The notes under the pieces are model-generated. The model worked only from the letters and a program-made list of their open reading frames with translations. It was not told the origin of the DNA and made no database searches. From NCBI GenBank assembly GCA_043228905.1, contig JBHGNT010001333.1, forward strand, positions 1 to 9,758: DNA of 9,758 nucleotides. Reading direction: 5' to 3'. The stretch is from Azolla caroliniana. Taxonomy: Eukaryota > Plantae > Polypodiophyta. The translations under genes were made by a program, and so were the position numbers. This document shows, in pieces, positions 1-7,461 of the stretch. The stretch's first letter is position 1; each line of letters starts with the position of its first letter.

Positions 1-274
1 AACGATAAGGAAGTAGTTGATGGAGAAACAGAAAATAATGTTGACTTCACATATCAAGGACATGGAGATACTTTGAGTGATGTCTTAAATGTTGGGGATA
101 ATTTTGCTGTAAATGCAGAAGAAGGCAATTCAGAGGGTGTTGATTTCTATATATTGAAGTGCACGATTAGTAAACAGTGTGCAACGCAGAATATATTAGA
201 TGCTTGGGGAAATGTTGTATCTACCGGGCATTCTACATCGAAGGTATTTTTTATGCAAGACTAGATGATTACTA
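1..274 (+). pseudogene. 5' part of an ORF remnant interrupted by the copia insertion (unknown protein, possibly C-terminal region of a DNA-transposon protein)
   Basis: Frame 1 is open from base 1 (NDKEVVDG...LSDVLNVGDNFAVNAEEGNSEGVDFYILKC...DAWGNVVSTG). A 1-nt deletion in the GGG run at 226-228 moves the reading to frame 3 (AFYIEGIFYARLDDY), which runs into the TSD and continues in frame after 5908. Confidence 0.6.
270..274 (+). repeat. Left 5-bp target-site duplication TACTA
   Basis: TACTA immediately precedes the TG at 275, and the identical TACTA follows the CA at 5903. Confidence 0.97.
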
Positions 275-827
275 TGTTGAGAAGCAAGCTCAACATGGTA
301 TGTGATGCTTATTGGGAAATAAGCTATAGTAGCTATTTAGCTACTTGTGAACATAAAGGAGAAACAACTAATTAGCTACTGACAGCTAATTAGCTACTGA
401 CAACTATTTAGCTACTGACAGCTATTTAGCGACTGACAGCTATTTAGCGACTGACAGCTATTTAGCGACTGACAGCTAATTAGCTACTGACAACTATTTA
501 GCGACTGACAGCTAATTAGCTGCATACGTAAGTAACTTATTACTTAGGTAGAAAGTAAGAGAAAGGTAAGTAAGAAACACAGGAAGTAGAACTCTGAGAG
601 AGAGAGTGAGGAAAGAGAGGAAGAACTCAGAGAGTGAGAGAAAAAGAAAGAAATAGACGAGAGCAAGTAGAGCTTCGCGTATAATGAAATAGAAGAAGTT
701 TTGGCTGCTATAGAGGTAAGTCTCCTTCCCCCTTCCCTTCTGTGTTTGAGCACTAAACGATCTAGCACACCACGATCCGCCGCGCACATAAGAAGAGCCC
801 GAGTGCCTTCTTCACGTTTTCTTAACA
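275..827 (+). repeat. 5' LTR of element A (553 bp)
   Basis: Begins TGTTGAG, ends CTTAACA directly before the PBS. Matches 5404-5903 except for array copy number, 2 substitutions (675/5750, 711/5786) and a 1-bp indel near 768/5843. Confidence 0.97.
364..521. repeat. 18-bp tandem array in 5' LTR, consensus ACARCTAWTTAGCKACTG, 8 full units plus a 14-bp partial
   Basis: Units start at 364, 382, 400, 418, 436, 454, 472, 490, 508. The core AGCTAATTAGCT is palindromic. Confidence 0.96.
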
Positions 828-839
828 TGGTATCAGAGC
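828..839 (+). promoter_or_regulatory. Primer-binding site complementary to the 3' end of initiator tRNA-Met
   Basis: TGGTATCAGAGC immediately after the LTR-terminal CA; the canonical plant tRNA-iMet PBS. Confidence 0.96.
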
Positions 840-966
840 AGAGTTGCTCATAAAGAAGAGTACAAAAGTGCATAGATCTGAGAAAGGTATTTCTTTGTTT
901 GTTGATCTGAATCAGAAAGGTACTTGTTGAAGTAATCGTAGCAGAAACCCTTGTTTGGAAGAGATA

Positions 967-1620
967 ATGTTTGCAGAGAATGCGGGCCAAATAGTTACAG
1001 AGAAACTAGATAAAAACAATTTTCCGGCGTGGAAATTTAGAATGACAAATTTCCTAATGGGGAAAGGATACTGGGATTACATTGAAGGAGACCTAGAAGA
1101 GGCTCTGGAGATCCCAGAAGAAAATGCCACAGCAGCACAGATTAAAGCATTCAAAGATTGGAATCAAGGGGCAAGGAAGGTAATGCATTGGTTCTCACTT
1201 AGCATCTCAGATTCGATGCTTGGGCACATACAGGATGCTATGCTCCCAAAAGAAGCTTAGGACAGTTTGGTAAAACTGTTTGCAGTAAACACAAAAGCTA
1301 GAAAGCTACAGTTGAAGACTGAGCTAAATACCTTATAAAAAGGTAAGATGTCAATAAATGAGTATGCCTTGAAAATAAAGAGCATATGTGAATCACTTGC
1401 TTCTATCAATGTAAAGATAGAAGATGATGATAAGGTAGAAATATGCTTAAGAGGCTTAGGACCTCAATACAAAAGCTTTAAAACCTCTATGCTTACAAGG
1501 GATAGTATCCCAAGCTTTCTAGATTTGGTTTCAATGCTTGTAGTAGAAGAAAGCTATGCTTACAAGGGATAGTATCCCAAGCTTTCTAGATTTGGTTTCA
1601 ATGCTTGTAGTAGAAGAAAG
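967..1620 (+). pseudogene. gag: Copia Gag (capsid-like region), disrupted
   Basis: ATG at 967: MFAENAGQIVTEKLDKNNFPAWKFRMTNFLMGKGYWDYIEG... In-frame stops TAG 1258-1260 (EA*DSL, probably TGG) and TAA 1336-1338, then MSINEYALKIKSICESLASI...LRGLGPQY. Frameshifted by the 67-bp duplication. Confidence 0.9.
1487..1620. repeat. Perfect 67-bp tandem duplication within gag
   Basis: 1487-1553 is identical to 1554-1620 (CTATGCTTACAAGG...GTAGAAGAAAG); shifts frame 1 to frame 2. Confidence 0.97.
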
Positions 1621-3070
1621 GAATCAGATGGATGATGTAAATAAAGGAAATCTTGAGAATGAGGGGCAAGCCCTATATAATAGTGCTGGAAGAGGCCGAG
1701 GAAGAGGCCATGGAAGATTTGGCTCAGCAAGAACCAACAATAATGGTTATCAAGGAAGAGGACAACAAACCATTAGAGGAAGAAATAACAACAGAGGCAG
1801 GGGGAGCAACCAAGGTAGAGGTAAGCAAACATATGTAAATGATGATGGTTGTTGGTATTGTGGAAAACCAGGCCACACACAAGCTGAATGTTACAAGAAG
1901 CAAAATGATGAGCAAAGAGGAAAGAGACAGCAGAATAACTATGCCCAAACTAGTGAAGATTGTGAAAAAGATGGTGCATTTGTGGTACAACATGAGATAG
2001 CAGCAGTGGCTGAAAGCTCACAGAAATGTAATGAAGAGTTTACATGGTATGTAGACTCGGGGGCATCTAACCATATGATTGGACATGCAAACTCGTTTGA
2101 AAGGTTGAGAGAACCAGAGATTCCTGGCTATGTACAGACGACTGATAATAGTACTCACCAAATAGAACATGTTGGAGATATCCCATTGTGGGAAGAAAAA
2201 GGAAAGACTAAGTATATGTTGAGTGTAATGCATGTTCCAAATCTTGCTAAGAATCTGATTTCTGTTGGACAGATAGTAGAGCAAGGTATGCAAGTAAAGT
2301 TTAAGCAAAGTGGATGCTATATAGAAAAGAATGGGAAGCTCATTGCAAAAGGAAAACGACAAGGAAGAATGTTTATTTTGGATGTTGACATGCCTAGACA
2401 GATTTCAGCTATGTTTGCAAATGGAATGAGTGTAGTCTCAGATGTGGAAATGTGGCATAAAAGGATTGGCCACATAAGTATGCAAACCCTAAAGAATATG
2501 TTGAGAAAAGATGCAGTGGCTGGACTGCCAAAACTGAAAAATTGTGAAATGGGAAAGATATGTGAAGCATGTCAATATGGAAAGCAAAATAGGTTGTCAT
2601 TCCCTCATGAAAGACATGTAAGTAAAAATTTGTTGGATTTGGTACATACGGATGTATGGGGACCAACTAAGAATGCATCTATCGGTGGTTGCAGATTTTA
2701 TGTAACTTTTATTGATGATTGCTCAAGGAAAACATGGGTGTATTTCATGAAAGAGAAAAGTGAAGTGTTTGAATGTTTTCGTAAGTTTAAATGCATGGTA
2801 GAAAAGCAGGCAGGTACAAGAATAAAATGTTTAAGATCTGATGGAGGAGGAGAGTATTTCTCCAATGAATTTTCTGATTTTCTATGCAATCAGGGAATAA
2901 GAAGACAGTTCACATGTAGATATACTCCACAGCAAAATGGAGTTGCTGAGAGGAAAAACAGAACATTGGTGAACATTGCAAGGGCTTTGATGACAGAGAA
3001 GAATATGCCATTGTACTATTGGGCAGAAGCTGTAAATACAGCGAATTATATTCTAAATAGAGATGTATAA
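1556..3070 (+). pseudogene. pol: Gag C-terminus (RG-rich region, CCHC knuckle), aspartic protease, pre-integrase and integrase core
   Basis: CWYCGKPGHTQAEC (CX2CX4HX4C) at 1850-1891, WYVDSGASNHM at 2045, WHKRIGH...CEAC HHCC motif, catalytic D 2651, D 2840, E 2948 (D-35-E). Ends at a 2-bp GA insertion (about 3062-3063); the true frame continues CITSGIHEATPEECFYGRKPSLEHLKVFG. Confidence 0.95.
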
Positions 3071-5385
3071 CATCGGGAATACATGAAGCAACTCCTGAAG
3101 AGTGTTTCTATGGAAGGAAACCTAGTTTAGAACACTTAAAAGTGTTTGGATGCCTTGCATATGTACATGTGCCTGCAGAAGTAAGAAGTAAGCTGGATCC
3201 AAAAGCAGAAAAATGTATTTTTGTTGGCTATTCAGAAGAACAAAAAGGGTATCGATGCTATAACCCTGTAACAAAGAAGATTGTGACAAGTAGGGATGTA
3301 ATCTTTGATGAGTTAGCCAGCTGGTATAGTCCAAAACAAAATCCAGAGATTGATGAAGACAATGAGATTGAAGACAGAGACAAATCTGAAAATGTAGAAG
3401 ACTGCCACAGAGATGGAAGCAAGGTTGGACAGCAGAGTCCAACATCAACAGAATGTTCTGGACCATCAAAAAGCTCAGATGGTAAATCTGATCCGAATTC
3501 TTGGAGTGGAAAAAGTGGAGGACACAAAAAATGTGATGATAAAAAAGGAAAACAGAAAATGCCACAGTATGAAATGTTGGATGACTTATCTAAAAACATG
3601 GAAGATGAGGATTCAGATGTGTCATTGGATGATCTTCTTAGTATAAGAGGATTGAAAATCCCTGGTATGGAAAAAGCATTGAAGGATGCAAATCAGAAAC
3701 TGAGAAGATCAGATAGAGAGAAAAAAATTGTTGAAAGATTTGGTTATGATACATATATGGCTATGCATTATGCATATATGTCTAAGGTGGTACAGATCCC
3801 TGATCCAAGTAGTTTTGATGAGGCTAAAACTGAGAAGAAATGGGTGGATGCAATGCAAGAAGAGATTGATGCATTAGCTGAAAACAGAACATGGGATTTG
3901 GTGAAGTTACCAAAAGGAAAAAATGTGGTAGGTTGCAAATGGGTCTACAAGACAAAGCATGATTCCATTGGGAATGTAAGTAGACATAAAGCAAGATTGG
4001 TTGCAAAGGGATATGCCCAAATGCAAGGAATTGATTATGATGAGACATTTGCACCGGTTGCAAAGATGGCAACATTGAGGACATTACTGGCTGTAGGTGC
4101 AGCCAGAAGATGGTTTCTTCATCATATGGATGTAAAAAATGCCTTTTTACATGGTAACTTGGAAGAAGAAGTGCATATGTGTCAACCACCAGGTTTTGAA
4201 GATAGGAAGCATTCAGATTATGTATGTAAGCTGAAAAAGGCTCTCTATGGACTGAAACAAGCACCAAGAACATGGCACAGAGAACTTTCAGATTATCTGA
4301 AAAAACTTGACTTCAAAATGTCAAAGGCTGATTCATCATTGTATGTTAAAAGGAAAGATGATTGTATTGTTGTGATTCTGATTTATGTTGATGATCTCAT
4401 CATTGGAGGTGATTTCATGGATGAGATAAGTAAGTTGAAAAGAAATTTGGAAATGAAATTTCATATGAAAGATTTGGGAGATCTGAGATATTTTTTGGGT
4501 ATTGAAATCATCAGATCTGAAAGTGGTATATGTGTGTTGCAAAGACAATATGCAACAACTATGTTGAAAAAGTATGGTATGCTTGGATGCAAACCTATTG
4601 GAGTACCACTAGATAAAAACTACAAATTGAGGGCTGATTTGGGAGCCAAAATAGAAGATGTAAACATGTACAGGTCTATGGTGGGCAGCCTTATTTATTT
4701 GACCATAACAAGACCTGATTTGAGTTATGCAATTGGTTTAGTCAGCCAATTTATGCAACAGCCAAAAAAGCCGCATTTGGACTGCATTAGAAGAATTCTG
4801 AGGTATGTAAAAGCTACTCAGAACTATGGATTGTTTTACAGGGCTGATTTGGACATAAATCTGGAAGGATATACAGATGTTGATTGGGCTGGAAGCCAAA
4901 CAGATAGAAGATCCACAAGTGGATATATCTTTACATTGGGAAGTGCAGGTATTTCACGGAGTAGCAAGAAACAGGCTATTGTTGCATTGTCTAGTACTGA
5001 AGCTGAGTACAGAGGAGCTGCCATAGCCACTTGTGAAGAGGTATGGATCAGAAGATTGCTTGCTGATTTGGGAGAGTATATAGACGGTACTGTCACAATC
5101 TGGTGTGACAACATGAGCAACATTCAGCTTGCAAAGAACCCAGTGTTCCATGCAAGAACAAAGCACATTGAAGTGCATTATCACTTTGTTAGAGAAAAAG
5201 TGATTGAAGGAGAAGTTGATTTGGTGTATGTGAATACAAATCAGCAGGTTGCTGATATTCTCACAAAGGGATTGAGTGTGGAAAAGCATACACAGTTTCA
5301 GAACATGATGGGAGTTGTAGACATTGATATGATGGCTGAAAAGCATCATGGAAAAGAAGTTGTAGATAACCCCAAGAAAGGATAA
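3064..5385 (+). pseudogene. pol: Integrase C-terminus, reverse transcriptase and RNase H of element A (open frame, but downstream of frameshifts)
   Basis: FGCLAYVH...SKLDPKAEKCIFVGY, CKWVYKTK, KARLVAKGY, DVKNAFLHG, LYGLKQAPR, YVDDL at 4384, YTDVDWAG, STEAEY, CDN, HARTKHIEVHYHFVRE, ADILTK; stop at 5383-5385. Confidence 0.96.
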
Positions 5386-5394
5386 GTTGAGCTT

Positions 5395-5403
5395 GAGGGG
5401 GAG
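5395..5403 (+). promoter_or_regulatory. Polypurine tract of element A
   Basis: GAGGGGGAG abutting the TG start of the 3' LTR. Confidence 0.93.
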
Positions 5404-5903
5404 TGTTGAGAAGCAAGCTCAACATGGTATGTGATGCTTATTGGGAAATAAGCTATAGTAGCTATTTAGCTACTTGTGAACATAAAGGAGAAACAACTAA
5501 TTAGCTACTAACAGCTATTTAGCTACTGACAGCTATTTAGCGACTGACAGCTAATTAGCTACTGACAACTAATTAGCTACTGACAACTATTTAGCTGCAT
5601 ACGTAAGTAACTTATTACTTAGGTAGAAAGTAAGAGAAAGGTAAGTAAGAAACACAGGAAGTAGAACTCTGAGAGAGAGAGTGAGGAAAGAGAGGAAGAA
5701 CTCAGAGAGTGAGAGAAAAAGAAAGAAATAGACGAGAGCAAGTAGAGCTCCGCGTATAATGAAATAGAAGAAGTTTTGGCTGCTACAGAGGTAAGTCTCC
5801 TTCCCCCTTCCCTTCTGTGTTTGAGCACTAAACGATCTAGCACCACCACGATCCGCCGCGCACATAAGAAGAGCCCGAGTGCCTTCTTCACGTTTTCTTA
5901 ACA
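5404..5903 (+). repeat. 3' LTR of element A (500 bp)
   Basis: Direct repeat of 275-827, followed by the TSD TACTA. Confidence 0.97.
5493..5596. repeat. 18-bp tandem array in 3' LTR, 5 full units plus a 14-bp partial
   Basis: Units start at 5493, 5511, 5529, 5547, 5565, 5583; three fewer than in the 5' LTR. Confidence 0.96.
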
Positions 5904-5908
5904 TACTA
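5904..5908 (+). repeat. Right 5-bp target-site duplication TACTA
   Basis: Identical to 270-274. Confidence 0.97.
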
Positions 5909-6074
5909 TTATGTGTATAGGCTATTAGAAGACAAATCAGTGGCGTACATGTACTCTCATTTGGTCATGTGCATCAATGTCCTAATGTCGCAATACAATA
6001 GCTGCTCAGGTTTATACACAGTTAGTGCTAATGTGTATGAATGTATTTACAACAGTATGCCATGGAATTTGTAG
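5904..6074 (+). pseudogene. 3' part of the ORF interrupted by element A
   Basis: In frame with 228-274 once the element and one TSD are removed: YYYVYRLLEDKSVAYMYSHLVMCINVLMSQYNSCSGLYTVSANVYECIYNSMPWNL, stop TAG 6072-6074. Confidence 0.65.
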
Positions 6075-6619
6075 CTACAAGTAGCAATTACCAGTTTTCT
6101 TGTAAAACAAACAAAGCACATGTATTACAAATAAACAATTTAATGGACCTATTTGGAAGTTTTTTTTTTTATATACAGTCTACTTTTTGTGATTCTTTCT
6201 CAACAAAATTGTGTGTCATTTTTATATACAATCTTCTTTCTGATATACAGTTTAATAATATCGTTTAGGGTTCTTCTTTCTGAGATACAAATTAACTCAA
6301 GTGAACCATGTACAAGTTAAAATAGTTTGCATAATTTTAAGAAAAAGCACTGTCATGAAATCAACAATCCTGAACATACTCTTAAAATTACACAGTAGAT
6401 AAGTTACTCAAAACAAGCAATTTAATTCTTCATTGATTAAGTGGTAGCAAATTACATATTTATAACATCTCATTGCCAATGTCTATTAGAACAGCAGGGT
6501 CAATACCCTCGAGCGACAGACCATATATGTTCAGCACTCTAGGATAGGGAGGAACGAGCCACCTGAGATAGAAAATCAGTAATCAGAATTGGTGTAAAAA
6601 CAAAATTTTTAATGTGAAT

Positions 6620-6830
6620 TTGGTGCAAAATTACAACACTTTGAGACAGTAATCTGAAATTTGTAATCTGTCCTTTTCAACATGTATCTGAAATCAACCA
6701 CATCAAACACCCTAATCAGATTTTGTCATGAGAATTGGTGCAAAATTACAAGAGATTGCGACAGTAATAAGAAATTTGTAATTAGAAATTTGTAACCAGA
6801 AACTTGTAATCTGAAATTTGTAATCAGAAA
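6620..6830. repeat. Imperfect direct repeat (period 115) plus 14-bp tandem array GTAATCAGAAATTT
   Basis: TTGGTGCAAAATTACAA at 6620-6636 and 6735-6751; 14-bp units start at 6764, 6778, 6792, 6806, 6820. Confidence 0.85.
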
Positions 6831-6863
6831 CCCTAAACCACTTAAGGGAAAAACAAACCCTAA
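6828..6863. promoter_or_regulatory. Two telo-box motifs (AAACCCTAA)
   Basis: AAACCCTAA at 6828-6836 and 6855-6863, variant ACACCCTAA at 6707-6715. Function not demonstrable from sequence. Confidence 0.45.
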
Positions 6864-6977
6864 TCATCACTAAAGGCAAAAATCAACCGTACTATGAAAT
6901 TCTGTCAATCAGAAACACACTTGCTGCTACAGCCCGATCTTCGAGACATCCTTGTTTGGGACTCCAATGACTTCGCC

Positions 6978-7072
6978 CTATTCAATATTTGGGAAAGATG
7001 AACAAGCACCAAAGTTACAGACAGTTATCAAAAAGGAAAAAAAAAGTTTTTTAATATGTAACTGATACATAC
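6978..7072 (-). other. Candidate 95-nt spliceosomal intron on the minus strand
   Basis: Donor CAG|GTATGT at 7073/7072, T-rich interior, acceptor AATAG|GG at 6978/6977, flanked by GC-richer sequence. Confidence 0.5.
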
Positions 7073-7461
7073 CTGGACGAGGATCGACTTGCTCGTGTGT
7101 TGTAGCTCTAAAGGTGCAATGTGGATCTCAGAGTTTTTGTGCTGCTGCAGGGGCTTCGTCTGCATTCATGCTCAGAGTACTCCATCTATTTGGAGTTCGA
7201 ACTCGAACTCAAGATTATCAAGAATTTGATGACATTCAAGTCGACCTTAGATGATGGCACTATTCCCCATGTTCCACTACGTTAGAAACCAAAGTTCAAA
7301 TATTTGAGTATTCTCATAAATTAAATTACATGTATTTAACTAATAAAACATAAAATTTCGTAAACCATCCTTATGATTTTCCCACAAAAAACTAGCTAAA
7401 CAAATAGCTAATTAGATGTGGCCATTTTAGTAGCTAATTAGCTATAATAGTGTTTCCACGC

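Larger units (their letters stand above)
275..5903 (+). mobile_element. Full-length Ty1/copia LTR retrotransposon (element A), recent insertion, coding-defective
   Basis: Two near-identical LTRs bounded by TGTT...AACA, 5-bp TSD, PBS and PPT. Domain order Gag-PR-IN-RT-RH is diagnostic of copia. Confidence 0.98.

Noticed and set aside
364-521. CRISPR-like array of palindromic repeats
   Set aside because: Units are head-to-tail with no unique spacers, lie inside LTRs, and the context is eukaryotic with no cas genes.
512-990. Antisense ORFs (91 and 148 aa; also 5587-5904 and 5619-5891) with hydrophobic F/L/S stretches, possible env-like gene
   Set aside because: They are translations of the GA-rich LTR tract, which lacks stops on the reverse strand; the 1-bp indel between LTRs swaps their frames.
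3056-3070. Programmed frameshift between integrase core and RT
   Set aside because: It falls inside the integrase (LNR/CITS), is explained by a GA slippage insertion, and has no slippery heptamer.
1653-5349. Numerous short alternative-frame and antisense ORFs within gag-pol
   Set aside because: Shadow ORFs of the pol frame with no recognisable motifs.
6041-6268. 75-aa ORF
   Set aside because: AT-rich, runs through a poly-T tract, and overlaps out of frame the end of the better-supported interrupted ORF; likely 3' UTR.
7448-7452. TAGTG as the right end of a CACTA transposon
   Set aside because: About 8 further bases (TTTCCACG) that do not fit the RT frame separate it from the junction; the superfamily cannot be assigned without the other end.
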